Positions 45,175-56,489 are shown, counted from the stretch's first letter. The stretch: 64,000 bases of DNA from a virus (IMGVR_UViG_3300012662_000013:43405-107404); one strand, 5' to 3'. Notes: a model not told the origin generated them from the sequence alone. A program made the numbers and translations.

Positions 45175-46284
45175 TCAAAATATTGTATTCAATAAACAGT
45201 CCTGTGAATTTTTATCATCACGGAATCCTTTAAAGAAAGCGTGACGTAATGTATGTTCCTTGTTATCCTTTTCCATGCATTGCAAAGAAACTACCCTATT
45301 AAGATATTTTTCAGGATGTTTTGCAAAATCTTCTCGCAATTCATCAGTTAGGCCAGATGAAACAGTTCCAATTTTTACAATATTACCATCATCATCATAG
45401 GCCCCAATGCGAATCGCAGTTTTCCATCCATAAAAATATCCTTTAGTAACTGGTTGCCAACCAATACACCCATATTGACAAATATGAGTATGAATAGTAT
45501 TATCATCATCTAAAACTTTTTCCCAATAAGGCCAAGTTTTAATTTCCTTACCTTCATATTCTTTAGTCGCATCATCAAAACCAATAAGAATTGCATCAAG
45601 GTAATCAATCTTTTTAATTTTAATAGACGACCAAGCTGGTCTTTTATCAGGAGCATATTGAGCTGTTTTCAATTTAAGAACAACACCTTCTTCTCCATCT
45701 TTAAGAGCTTGGGCAGTAAAATCATAAATATCTTCATATACTGCTTCAGCCAATTCCATAAAAGAATATTGACTTAAATTAAATTTTTCCCAAATCTTTC
45801 GTAAAACTTTATAACGAGTTAATGCACCATAAGATTGTAAATCTATTCCATTATATTTAATTACATCATGTAAATAAAAATGAACTGGATTATCTTTTTG
45901 GCGGCTAATGGCCTCATCAGCCAAACAACCCATTACTCGTGTTACATCTTTAGACGTTTTACCTGGATAATAAATTTCACCAATTAATATTGTCCCTTCT
46001 GGAACAACTTGTAAAGCTTCTTTAATATGAGGAACATTTGCTAATTTCTCAGTAAGAATGCCAGTATTTTTACTAACATTCCTACTGAAAAGATACATAT
46101 GATTATTGGTTTTTTCAAATTCATACCAATATCCATCTTTTTTTAATTCAGCAAAATAATTCCCATTGATACACATTTCTGGAAACATATTTTCTTTTCC
46201 ATCAGGAAGTTTCCAAATTTTCATTGCTTGAATACACTCGGCTTCAGGAGCATATTTATCAATAAGTTCTTGAGAGAAAGACAT
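45175..46284 (-). CDS. ATP-dependent DNA ligase
   Basis: Adenylation motif ELKKDGYW (KxDG), then IGEIYY, EGVVLK and WSSIKIKK motifs. Confidence 0.75.
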   Translation of the reverse strand: MSFSQELIDKYAPEAECIQAMKIWKLPDGKENMFPEMCINGNYFAELKKDGYWYEFEKTNNHMYLFSRNVSKNTGILTEKLANVPHIKEALQVVPEGTILIGEIYYPGKTSKDVTRVMGCLADEAISRQKDNPVHFYLHDVIKYNGIDLQSYGALTRYKVLRKIWEKFNLSQYSFMELAEAVYEDIYDFTAQALKDGEEGVVLKLKTAQYAPDKRPAWSSIKIKKIDYLDAILIGFDDATKEYEGKEIKTWPYWEKVLDDDNTIHTHICQYGCIGWQPVTKGYFYGWKTAIRIGAYDDDGNIVKIGTVSSGLTDELREDFAKHPEKYLNRVVSLQCMEKDNKEHTLRHAFFKGFRDDKNSQDCLLNTIF

Positions 46285-46339
46285 AAGTTATGTCCCTTTC
46301 TTTATTTATATTATATTAAAATATTTTTTTAAAAGCAAA

Positions 46340-46639
46340 TCAAATTTTAAATTGCATTAAACTATCTAAACATTCTGCGATATATTTTCCAAAAGGAGAT
46401 TTAGAACAATTAATAAAGACCTCGTGTTTTTCAGGAGACTCAAATAAAATTTGTCTTTCATTATTATCATACCAGCAGATAGACCAAGGCTCGATAGATA
46501 CTATTTCTTCTTTACCTAAATAATTTTTTACATTCAAAAATTCAATATCGTTTTTATAACTTTCTGGATGCTTATATTCATAATCATCGCACAAATGTCT
46601 AAAATCATAATCTTTATAAATAATTTTTATTCTTTTCAT
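46340..46639 (-). CDS. Hypothetical protein
   Basis: 99-aa ORF. Confidence 0.35.
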   Translation of the reverse strand: MKRIKIIYKDYDFRHLCDDYEYKHPESYKNDIEFLNVKNYLGKEEIVSIEPWSICWYDNNERQILFESPEKHEVFINCSKSPFGKYIAECLDSLMQFKI

Positions 46640-46649
46640 TTTACGCCTT

Positions 46650-49031
46650 TCAAATTTTAGTAATTGATTTTACTCTACTATTTTTAATTACTGATGAACC
46701 AACAGCATACTTAGAACCTAATGTAATATCTTTTGCAGAAATACAAATATTATGCTTATCGCCGCCAATAAATAAATTGTCAGTATCATTAATTAAAGAA
46801 CCGCCGATAATAGGCCCAGTCATTTTATCTACTTTATATAGATTAATGCCGCGACCACCACGCTTTTGCACCGGCAATTCGCTTAATTTAACTTTCTTAG
46901 CAAATCCATTTTGAGTAAATAGACCTAAATAATCATTGCTATCTCTTAATGGCAAAACACAAACAATTTCATCATCTACTAGATTAATACCTTTGACGCC
47001 GCTGCTATTTCGAGAAGTAGTAGCAATTTCATTACTATTAAATCTAATAGCATAACCATTCTTTGTAAGAACAATCAATTGCTCATCTTTAATTAAAGAA
47101 ACATCAGCCAAAGCATCATTTTCTCTAATAATTACAGCAGACATACCAGTTTTCTTTTTTGTTTTAATATATTCTTCAAGAGTAGTCTTTTTAATTAAAC
47201 TATTCTTTGAAGCAAATAAAACAAATTCGGCATTTGTATCTCTATAAATAGAATACATTGTTACTGCCTTTTCACCCGGTTCCATTGTAATTAATGCTGA
47301 AATAGGCGTTCCCGCACTTACATTTGTTCCTACTGGAATATTATTTACTAATAGACGATACATTTGACCTTTATTAGTAAATAACATAAGATTATCAATA
47401 GTATTAGTTCTTAATACGCAATAAGTAATATCTTCTTGCGATTTGATTCCTTTACCATTTTTCTTTTGGGTTTTAAAGCTAGCGACAGGGATACGCTTAA
47501 TAGTGCCGCCTTCAGTCATTACAACTACACATTTTTCAGGCTCTACATTGATAATTTCTTTTTCAGCTTTTTCTTCAATAATTTGTGTTAATTCAGTTCT
47601 GCGGTCATCGCCATATTTATCGACTAGAGTTTTAAGACGAGAACGCAATTCAGGAATAGGATTTTCACAAATAGCTTTAAGTTTAATAATTAATGCTTCA
47701 AGTTCAGCTTTTTCTTTTTCTAAATCCATTTTATCTAATTTAGACAATTTAGATAATTTCATATCAAGAATAGCTTGGGCTTGAACATCTGTGAAGCCCC
47801 AAGAAATTAATGTTTGCTTTGCTGCATTAGATGATTCAGATTGTTTAATCATTGCAATAATTTTATCAATCATATCTAGTGCTTTCAAAAGCCCTACAAT
47901 GATGTGCAATCTATTTTCAGCTTTATTAATATCAAACTTACATTCCCTAATAATGCAATTAGAATTAAAATCAATATAAAGCTTAATACAATCTTTAAGG
48001 TTTAATTCTGTAGGAGTTTTATTAACTAGAGCTACTTGATTATAAGAAAAAGTAGTTTGAAGATTAGTTTTGGCGAATAATTTACTTAAAACTGATTTAA
48101 TAGGAGTATTTTTTTCACATTCAATAACAAGACGGAAACCTTGTTTTCTATTACTTTCATTGCGAATATCTTCAATACCAGTAATATCCCCAGAATCACA
48201 TAATTCACCAATTTGAGTCATTAAATCTTCAGTGCTAATTCCATAAGGCATTTCAGTAAATACAATATTATTATTTTCAAATTTATATTTACCCCTAACC
48301 TTCACAGAACCATGGCCTGATTTCATAATTGCCGGAATATCATTTTTATTAATAACTACGCCACCAGTGGGAAAATCAGGGCCGGGAAGCATAGGCTCTT
48401 TACCATCAATATAATCATAAATAGTTTGAGCTACCTCTCTTAAATTATGCGGTGCCCAAGAACAAGCCATTGCGACACCAATACCCGAATTAGGATTACA
48501 AAGTAGGTTAGGAAAAATAGAAGGTAATTCAACAGGTTCTTGTTTAGTTTCTGAATAATTAGGAATAAAATCAACACTATCTTTTTTAATCGAAGATAAC
48601 ATTCCTTCTTCAGTAATTTTAGCTAAACGAGCTTCTGTATAACGTTGAGCAGCAGGAGGATCACCACCAATATTACCATTTGCACCGTGGAAATCAATTA
48701 GAGGATAACGCATAACCCAATTCTGACTTAATCTGATAAGAGCACCATAAATAGAAGTATCTCCATGAGGATGCCAATCAGCCATTACATTGCCAACAAT
48801 ATTAGCACACTTAACATGAGGTTTATCATTCTTAAAACCACAATCATACGCTCCATAAAGTATCCTCTTTGCCACTGGTTTTAATCCATCAGTAGCACTA
48901 GGGATAGCTCTATCAGTATTTACCGCAACTGCATACTCAATAAAATTAGTGCCTAATTCGTGCAATACATCATTATTCAGCATTGTAAGTTGCCTCCTTT
49001 GAATGTTCTTTGATATAGGCTTTTCGAGCAT
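46650..49031 (-). CDS. Type II topoisomerase breakage-reunion subunit (GyrA/ParC-like; T4 gp52-like)
   Basis: ..AAQRYTEARL.. active-site Tyr region and GyrA-like N-terminus. The start may be the internal Met MLNNDV.. (overlaps the upstream gene). Confidence 0.75.
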   Translation of the reverse strand: MLEKPISKNIQRRQLTMLNNDVLHELGTNFIEYAVAVNTDRAIPSATDGLKPVAKRILYGAYDCGFKNDKPHVKCANIVGNVMADWHPHGDTSIYGALIRLSQNWVMRYPLIDFHGANGNIGGDPPAAQRYTEARLAKITEEGMLSSIKKDSVDFIPNYSETKQEPVELPSIFPNLLCNPNSGIGVAMACSWAPHNLREVAQTIYDYIDGKEPMLPGPDFPTGGVVINKNDIPAIMKSGHGSVKVRGKYKFENNNIVFTEMPYGISTEDLMTQIGELCDSGDITGIEDIRNESNRKQGFRLVIECEKNTPIKSVLSKLFAKTNLQTTFSYNQVALVNKTPTELNLKDCIKLYIDFNSNCIIRECKFDINKAENRLHIIVGLLKALDMIDKIIAMIKQSESSNAAKQTLISWGFTDVQAQAILDMKLSKLSKLDKMDLEKEKAELEALIIKLKAICENPIPELRSRLKTLVDKYGDDRRTELTQIIEEKAEKEIINVEPEKCVVVMTEGGTIKRIPVASFKTQKKNGKGIKSQEDITYCVLRTNTIDNLMLFTNKGQMYRLLVNNIPVGTNVSAGTPISALITMEPGEKAVTMYSIYRDTNAEFVLFASKNSLIKKTTLEEYIKTKKKTGMSAVIIRENDALADVSLIKDEQLIVLTKNGYAIRFNSNEIATTSRNSSGVKGINLVDDEIVCVLPLRDSNDYLGLFTQNGFAKKVKLSELPVQKRGGRGINLYKVDKMTGPIIGGSLINDTDNLFIGGDKHNICISAKDITLGSKYAVGSSVIKNSRVKSITKI

Positions 49032-51924
49032 TAATGCCTTGTCCCATTAAGTCTTCAAATAACTTATCAGTAGCTTCTACGTCTTCTACAGTGATTTGTT
49101 TGATAATACGGTTTTCAGGATCAGTTAAAGTTTCTTCTGTTTCATCAACATCCATTTCGCCAAGGCCCTTCATACGATTGACAATATATTTTTTACCTAC
49201 ATTTTCTTTGCGGAAAACTTCAAGAGCTTCATCATTTTTAAGATATTTATATTTTTTACCAATCGTAATTTTATAAAGCGGTGGCACACCAGCGTATACA
49301 TATCCATCTTTAATCAATTCAGGGCAAAAATTCCAAATGAAAGTATAAAACAGATTTTTAATATGTGCGCCGTCGCGTGTTATTCTTATGTTTCCATAAG
49401 CACTGACTATCTTTTACTTTCTAAATATTAGAAAGGAAACCATTTCGACATTTAACTCACTTCGTTTCCTAAAATGAGACTACGTATCAATAGTAGCTCT
49501 ACTCCCCTGCCCATAAGGCTTAGGGGATAGTCGATACAGGTTCAAATATTAATCCATCGCTTTTCTTTCTTTTTATATAAAGGTAAAGAGGAATAAGAAC
49601 GGCCCCATAATATTGCCTAAAAACCTTGAAAACTAATTCTATCTTTATAATCTTTATATATTTCTTTAGCATTTTCATTTACATATCTTTTTCTAATTTG
49701 AATTATCTCTTTATCAGAAAATTTAGCGTTAGAGCCATTTTCATTTTTACTGTTATTATAAATATAATATTTTTTATTTTCTATAGTAAAAACTTCAGGC
49801 ATTACATTAGACCAACATTTTCCAGACCAAACATTCTAAAAATGATTGAAAGAAATTTTATCTTTAAATAATTCATAAATATCTTTCTAACGATAGTGTT
49901 TAGCATAAGCTTGTCTAATAATTTTTACGTCATTTTCTGTTAATTTAGCTCTACCATTATTTTCTCCAATTGAGGATTGATTTCCTCCTGGATTACAATT
50001 ATAACCTTTATTAAAAGTATTATAATATTTAATCCAATATTCTTCTTTATCATTTAATTGACTAATAGAGCATAATTCAATTATTTCATAAGTAAATGAA
50101 TTTTTTCCATATTTTTGAATAGCGATATCAACAGGAATTCTGCTTTTCTCTCCAACAGTCTAATGTTCTTTAAATCTACGTTCTATATCATTAGACTAAC
50201 CGATATAAGATTTTCCTGTTTTTTTATTAGTTATTTTATAAATACCAATCATTTTACCATCCTCCTATGAAGATGGATTAATATTTGTTTCCCACGGGAT
50301 TCTCCTGCGTTTCCGTTTAGAGTTCCCCGTTAGCCATCTTCTATTATTATATGAGAACCATCAATGTATAATTAATAGAAGTTGACCCGCCTGATTAGAC
50401 GAAAAGTTTTTCATACGCCGTTTTGCTGACGTCTGCATCGCTCATTATGATAATTTTGCCATATCGTAAATCTTCTGGATGATATGTAATTTTCATATTC
50501 TTAGGGTCAATGGTTAAACCGAATGCTTGAATCATAGTCATAATTTCTGCATTCTTTTGGATTTTATCAAGACTTGCTTTTTGAGTATTAAGAATTTTGC
50601 CACGGACAGGTAAAACTGCTTGGAACTCATTATTACGAGCATCTTTTAAATTACCGCTTGCACTATCGCCCTCAGTGATATAAATTTCACATTGACTACG
50701 TTTTTTGCTATAGCAGTCAGCTAATTTACTATCAAACTTTAAAGCTTTCTGCTTCTTTTCATTTTGATTACGAACAGTTTCTCTAGCTTTTCTAGCTGCC
50801 TCTCTAGCACGACGTGCATTAAGAGCTTTATCTGCAATAATCTTAATTGATTTTTCATTAAGCTCAAGCCATTGTCTAATACTTTCAGTAATCCAAGGAG
50901 TAAACGGAGACATATCCAATTTCACGATTCGGCTCTTGGTCTGAGCATCATAACTTACTCCAGGAGTAGTGAGATTGAATACAAGATACAAACCTTCTTG
51001 GCAATCATCACCTGAAAGGTTTTCTTCTTTATCTTTTAACCATTTCTTTTCACGGAAAAATTTATTTAATTCACGAGTAAGAATAGTTTTAATTAAAGTA
51101 ATGTGCGGACCGCTATCAGTAAGTCCAGTATTTACATAGGGAACAATAATAGATGAATAACTGTCAGTATAAGTTAATTCAAAATCTAATTTATTCTTTC
51201 CTTCATCTTTTTTAAGAATTAGCCTATTATCAATGATTTCAGTGTTTTTAACTGCATCATTTACTAAATCAGTTAACCCATTAGCTGAATAATATTCTTC
51301 GCCATTAAGGAGAATTTTTAGACCGGGGCATAAGCATACAAGAACTTTAAATAACTGTTTAATAGTATTTAAATTAACTTCTGTATGAGTGAAAAACTCT
51401 TCACTAGGTTGCCATTGGACCAAAGTTCCTGAGGGATTATCTTTGTTATTCCAATCTCCGCATTCGCGTTTAACAAACTCACCTTCTTTGAACCAAATAT
51501 GTTCATATTTACCATCTCGATGTGTAATTACTTCAAGCCGGTGAGAAAGATACGTGGCTAATTTGCTACCAATACCATTAAGACCAAGGGCAGTTCCTTC
51601 ATATACGCCATCATCATCATATTTACCTGACGTATTTAATACTCCAAAAGATGCCTCAAGGATAGTCTTACCATCTTCTCGCATTGCATTTGGAATAAAT
51701 CCTTGTCCATTATCCTCAACGATAATTACATTATCTTTATTAATATCAACTTTGATAGTATCGCCGTGGCCTGCGGCATACTCATCGACCGCATTTGATA
51801 CAATCTCAATAAGTAATTGAGTTGAATATTCAGTAGAACCACAATAGACACCTGGTCTAAGGCGAGTAAATTGTAAAGGGCTTAGCGACTGTATACTATC
51901 TTCTGTATATACTTTATTAGCCAT
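48973..51924 (-). CDS. Type II topoisomerase ATPase/TOPRIM subunit (GyrB-like; T4 gp39-like) split by a group I intron
   Basis: Exon 1 is ORF 50395..51924, ending ..YGKIIIMSDADV at 50429. Exon 2 starts at 49375 (DGAHIKNLFYTFIW..PPLYK..KGLGEM..). The splice restores GyrB ..[24 protein letters not shown].. Confidence 0.75.
49481..49545 (-). repeat. Group I intron 3'-core repeat (..ctactattgatacgtag..aacctgtatcgactatcc..), copy in the topoisomerase intron
   Basis: ~85% identical to 42581-42645; a shorter match at 33640-33677 and partial matches at 24640-24680 and 58060-58080. Confidence 0.6.
49542..50252 (-). CDS. GIY-YIG homing endonuclease (~236 aa), 5 in-frame TAG
   Basis: MIGIYKITNKKTGKSYIG[TAG]SNDIERRFKEH..EEYWIKYYNTFNKGYN. 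ORF 49617..49802 is the C-terminal piece. RBS ggaggatgg. Confidence 0.65.
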
Positions 51925-52414
51925 TCATATCTGCTCCTTTCTTTAAATTAACAGGGTCAATTTTTCCAGTAGCAATCTTATCAGCCAATTCATTACCATT
52001 AATGCCAGAATGCCCTGCTACTTTACGTAAATCAATCCTATATCCTTTTTTAACTAAATTATAATAAGCTTGAATTAAATCAAGATTTTCGGGAATCTTT
52101 TTATCACTTTTACGCCATCCATTGTTTGCCCAACCATACATCCATTTTGTAAATGTTTGATGGACATAAGAGCTATCTGTGTATACAATAGGAGTAAACC
52201 TAGGGTCATTGCCATATTGTATCATTGCATAGAGAACAGCTTTTAATTCCTGAATATTATTCGTAGTATTAGTTTCCCAATGGCCATAAGCATCTATTAA
52301 TTTACCATTGTTATCACAAACCACTACGCCATATCCGCCTTTGCTATTGGCTCTGCCATTTTGGCTACAAGCTCCATCTGTATAAATAATCATAGAGAAG
52401 GTCCTTTCTGCCAA
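51917..52414 (-). CDS. rnhA: Ribonuclease H
   Basis: IYTDGAC, NNIQELKA, VYTDSSYV and GHSG..GNELAD motifs. Confidence 0.75.
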   Translation of the reverse strand: MAERTFSMIIYTDGACSQNGRANSKGGYGVVVCDNNGKLIDAYGHWETNTTNNIQELKAVLYAMIQYGNDPRFTPIVYTDSSYVHQTFTKWMYGWANNGWRKSDKKIPENLDLIQAYYNLVKKGYRIDLRKVAGHSGINGNELADKIATGKIDPVNLKKGADMNG

Positions 52415-52983
52415 TTTTCAGGATTATCAATACGATATTTACGAACTAACTGATTATAAGTTCCTCTAAGGAATTCTTCATTTAAAATGGCTTTTGGATT
52501 AGTATGATATTTTTTAAGAAAGACAAATACTACATCTACAAATTCTTTAACTACAGGATGCATTAAAACGTGTTTACGTTTTTCAAGCCACCATTTGTAT
52601 TCTGCTGAATAAGTGAATTTAGAACCCATATAAGCTCTCGCCGCACCTAAGTAATCACAAACCATTTCTACACAATCCTTATAGGGCATAAGAATTGCAT
52701 TAGGATGTCCATCACCAATGTTATCAATCCAATATTCCCAATGATGTGTATTGCGGCCTTTATGATGTTGCCAAGCTTCACTATATCCATTCTTATCTTT
52801 GCAGTTGTCTATTGGACTTCTATCGCCAGTCCAATATTTACAGCTTTCTTTAAATTCAATACTAGAGAATTTAGATAAATCATGTTTTAAACCCCGCCAA
52901 GGGATACCAGCCATTTTACAATATCTATTAACCCATTTCTTATGAGTTAAGACAGTCTTCAAATGGTTGAAGTAATTCATCAA
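52390..52983 (-). CDS. His-rich hypothetical protein (possible metal-dependent hydrolase)
   Basis: KHD..HHKGRNTHHWEYW.. The start may be an internal Met. Confidence 0.3.
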   Translation of the reverse strand: MMNYFNHLKTVLTHKKWVNRYCKMAGIPWRGLKHDLSKFSSIEFKESCKYWTGDRSPIDNCKDKNGYSEAWQHHKGRNTHHWEYWIDNIGDGHPNAILMPYKDCVEMVCDYLGAARAYMGSKFTYSAEYKWWLEKRKHVLMHPVVKEFVDVVFVFLKKYHTNPKAILNEEFLRGTYNQLVRKYRIDNPENWQKGPSL

Positions 52984-53180
52984 ATTCAGTCCTTTCTTTT
53001 AAAATATCAATACCATCTATGAATAAGTTGTGAATAATTATAATTTTATTATCAGGAAATTGTTTTTGCATAATTTTATAAATAGACATTATTTCTTCAA
53101 CTGCAACATCTTTATTTATATATACTAAAATTTTATCCTATTTACTTAATACTTTACAATCTATATCTTTCATAATTAGT

Positions 53181-53209
53181 ATTTTACCATAATTTTTTTT
53201 TAAAGTCAA
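53181..53209 (-). promoter_or_regulatory. Sigma-A-type promoter TTGACT-N17-TAAAAT
   Basis: Consensus-like -35 and -10 with a 17-nt spacer. An ATG sits 8 nt past the -10 (possible leaderless small ORF); the next RBS-bearing gene starts at 52983. Confidence 0.55.
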
Positions 53210-53284
53210 TGAACGTATTTTGACCTTGATTTTCTTAAAATTTTTTTGTATTCTAAATATAGAAAATATCTATATTCTTTCTTA

Positions 53285-53332
53285 TATATATTATATAATA
53301 TTTTATTAAAAAAATAAATAAAAAAAATAAAT
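53285..53332 (-). terminator. Rho-independent terminator (atggagga/tcctccat plus T/A runs)
   Basis: Stem-loop flanked by A-rich sequence on the + strand (a T-run on the - strand) after the 53356..53643 gene. Confidence 0.6.
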
Positions 53333-53355
53333 GGAGGATTTCTCCTCCATTTATA

Positions 53356-53643
53356 TTAATCAGTAGTATTAATTTCGAGCTTATTATCGCCAAACGTTGC
53401 AGTCCAGCTTGTGACTGTCGGATAATTTTTACGGACAAAATCAAGTTCCAAATCAGCCTTAGCCTTAGTATAACGAATAAGAGCATTCTTATAAAGATTA
53501 GTAATCTTAGTTAAAGTATCATTATCACAATCTCTATCACGAACAATTACTTCAGCCATAATATCTTTATAAGCTTCAGTCTCAAAATAACTATCTTTTA
53601 GTTCATCAAGATATTCAGCAGGAATATCAATAAAATACTTCAT
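53356..53643 (-). CDS. Hypothetical protein (95 aa)
   Basis: ORF with RBS aaaaggag. Confidence 0.4.
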   Translation of the reverse strand: MKYFIDIPAEYLDELKDSYFETEAYKDIMAEVIVRDRDCDNDTLTKITNLYKNALIRYTKAKADLELDFVRKNYPTVTSWTATFGDNKLEINTTD

Positions 53644-53701
53644 AATTTATATCTCCTTTTTATCTTTTTATAATATATTTTATTATATTATATTATAAAA
53701 G

Positions 53702-54160
53702 TCAAATGCCGTAATCCATATCTAACTCTTCAGCATTCTAACTATCAGTATAAACTGTTAAATTGGTTGTCGAGGTAGAACTAGATGAAGAAGTAGAAGT
53801 CTAATTATTTTTAATTAATTCTTTAATAACTTCATTAAAATCAGTATTATTAGTATAAGTCATATCTAAATATTTTTCTAACTAAGCATCTAATTCTTTC
53901 ATTACAGTATCATATTTAATACCACCTTTTGTATTTTCAAGCATACTTTTTTTATAATAAAATACTTGGCTAACTCCATAAGCCGCCCATGGTAAGGAAG
54001 CTGAGGCAGTTATCCAAGGTAAAGAACCTGTATAATCTCCTTTAATACAAAAGAATGCTAAAGCAATATACAGAAGACTAGTTATCCATATAAGAGCTGA
54101 TTCTTGAATAAGCAGCCCTTTTGAATATTCCCGTTTTGGTTTCTTCTATTTAATATACAT
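53702..54160 (-). CDS. Putative holin / small membrane protein next to the endolysin (~152 aa, 2 transmembrane segments), 4 in-frame TAG
   Basis: RBS aaaggagaaatg. Transmembrane segments ALIWITSLLYIALAFFCI and WITASASLPWAAYGVSQVFYY. Immediately downstream of the endolysin. Confidence 0.4.
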
Positions 54161-54180
54161 TTCATTTCTCCTTTTGGAGA

Positions 54181-56476
54181 TTATTTATTATTCATAAGAC
54201 GATAAAGGACTTGAATCATTTCTTCACGAGTCATAAATTTTTTATACATTTTACGGCCTTTTTCATCACCTTTAACTAATCCAGTATTTTCTGCCCAAGA
54301 GCGAGCATCACCAGACCAAGCACTAGGGTCTTTCGTGGCGAGTTCAGTCAAATAGTTATTCATCATTTCATTAAATTTTTCTTGAGTCATATCTTCATCT
54401 TCCTCCTCTACTCCTAATAATTGATTTACTTTTTCGGCGATCTCATAATGTTTATTATATAAATAATCACCGGGACAAGATTTATTAGCAAACCATCTAT
54501 GGACTGTCATATTCTATTCTTCTGGATGACCAATTAAATTTTTATCAGCTTTCCATTTGAGTGATTTTATGTTATTACGTTTACAAATATCAGCAAGTAA
54601 TTTAATTAAAGAATTAAATGCTGCATCAGTCACCTTATAGGGTGATGTAGTATCACTAGCTACTTCAATAGTAATTGCACGATTATCATTTGCGGCATTT
54701 GAAGAACACCAAGAACGGTCTTTTTCTTCAACATACATACCAATTCTACCATCTGGTCCAATACCATAATTAGAAGAAGCTTGTTTAGAAGTTGGTGCAA
54801 ATATACTACCAAGCGTTTCAACCGAACATTGACCTACAACACAATGAATAGTAACTGTGTCAATTACATGATTACGGGGACTAGTTTTATTAGGGCTAAT
54901 CTATGTATAATTTACTAATGAGCTATTAGTTTTGCCATATCCATATCCAGCAGTTGGGTCTTCATCTACAGTATCGCTATCTTTTACAGCAGGGTTATAA
55001 ATAAAACCTAAGAATTTATATCCAGAACCAGCGCCCCAGTTGCCATTTCCTTTTTTGCGTGTAGCATTCCAAAATGGATTTTTGCTACCCCAGCCACTTT
55101 CAGATGTAATAACTTCAGTAGAACTTACTACTTTTTCTACAATAGCTACGTGACCGACGCCATCACTACCCTTTTTAGTAGCGCCACCCTGCCAAACCAT
55201 ACAAGCACCAAGTTTAGGGGTCTATCCAATAGGTATACCAGTATTATTATATTCAGTAAAACGCTCGGCATTTACAGGACTTAAATATTTACAATAGCCC
55301 CAATTGCCGATTTCATTAAATCTTCCGTATGCGTCATTCTGTTGCTTTAAGACCTTAGATATAAGGCGGATAGGACGTTAATCCTATCTCTATGGTTTCA
55401 TTTTTAGATTATAGCCATAGTTCAGACTGTATATTACTTTCATTTAGAAAGAACTCACTTCAATAACAATATTACTATTGTTATCCTGCAGTCGTTAAGG
55501 TTTCTCAATAAAGAGTCTTACCTCGGTCTGAAGTGTCTCCACCCTTTAACCGATATAGTGAGTTATGGGCACTTATAATATTCCCAATGTAAATTTCCAG
55601 ATGTTTTTTGTTTTCCTCTACAACAATTACGTATACCAGCCATACTAATATTTTTCTAGCGGCCAGCTTCTGAAGCACTTTCAAATATTTCATTAGTTTC
55701 AATACATCTTACTGGTTTACTATTTGCTTCAATTACTTTTTGACGTAAATTAGAATTTTTCCACTGCTTTTTTGTAGCTTCAGAATTATGCTCTCGCCAT
55801 TCTTTTGAATCATAAATTTCTCGCATTTTTTCTTTTATTATCGGGTTATTCATTGCTTCTTTCGTTTTATTTGAAATTAATTTTTTTTGTTCTTTAGTAC
55901 GAGTTTTTCCTTTATTTTTATGGCCGCTCTATTTCATTTTTTCTAAAGCTTGTTCTGTGAAAGTAATATTGTCTATTCCGCCACTCTATTTATTGTATCC
56001 GCAATCTGGATTACACAAGTCATATTTTTCTACAAATTCTTTTTCTAATTTTCCAGCTTCTTCTTTGGTTAAATTATTAAATAAAATTTTATGCTCAAAA
56101 TTGTCCCATCCGTATTTCTTAATAGCATTGGTAAAATGCTAGTTAGTTTCATAATGGGTTCCATTTTTCCATCGTAAGTTAGGATTATTACCATATTTAG
56201 TAATTCCTATATATCTTTTATTGTTTATTTTATTTATATGTATATAAACACAATAATTGTTTTCCAAAGTTAAATCATTCCCTTATATTTATTTTCTAAT
56301 AAATATAAAGTTTAAGAATTTGTAATTATAAAATTTTACCCCACGCAATTGGAAAGTACATTGCATTTGCTATCAGTCGGGTTTCCCTTAATAGCATAGG
56401 AATAGCCGCCATTAGCTCTTGTAATGTAATATTTATTACCAGCTTCTGGTCGTGTTGTTCTCATTTTAAAAGCCAT
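54181..56476 (-). CDS. Multidomain endolysin: CHAP peptidase plus Amidase_2 (N-acetylmuramoyl-L-alanine amidase), interrupted near its 5' end by a group I intron
   Basis: Exon 1: RBS plus ATG 56476 (MAFKMRTT..SNCVG, then TAA plus ggggtaaaatttt). Exon 2 from ~55395: CHAP ..GNWGYCKY..TPKLGACMVWQ..GHVAIVEKV..ITSESGWG (ORF 54901..55200), then amidase ..VTIHCVVG..GHPEE[TAG]..HRWFANKSCPG (ORFs 54514..54738 and 54181..54510). Confidence 0.55.
55395..56338 (-). mobile_element. Group I intron in the endolysin gene carrying a GIY-YIG homing endonuclease gene
   Basis: The 5' end ggggtaaaatttt resembles gagggtaaaatctcg (dnaE intron) and ggtaaaatctgcc (late-gene intron). The structured 3' region is 55400-55560. 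Confidence 0.45.
55563..56267 (-). CDS. GIY-YIG homing endonuclease with NUMOD-like and C-terminal HTH tail (~234 aa), 4 in-frame TAG
   Basis: ..NNYCVYIHINKINNKRYIGITK..YDLCNPDCGYN..GHKNKGKTRTKEQKK..KPVRCIETNEIFESASEAGR[TAG]KNISMAGIRNCCRGK.. ORF 55656..55853 is a piece. TTG start after aaggga. Confidence 0.55.
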
Positions 56477-56489
56477 TATTAATCTCCTT

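Larger units (their letters stand above)
49376..50428 (-). mobile_element. Group I intron (1053 nt) in the topoisomerase gene carrying a GIY-YIG homing endonuclease gene
   Basis: The 5' exon ends in U (gcagacgu) and the intron ends in G (...aacacg) before cgacggcgcacat. Core elements as in the 42480-43705 intron. Confidence 0.7.

Noticed and set aside
53171-53400. CRISPR array or tRNA cluster in AT-rich intergenic regions (also 16360-16840, 22000-22500, 28290-28540, 53640-53700)
   Set aside because: No regularly spaced direct repeats and no cloverleaf-compatible sequences (no GTTCGAATC-type T-arms) found. These regions are explained by promoters, terminators and TAG-containing small genes.
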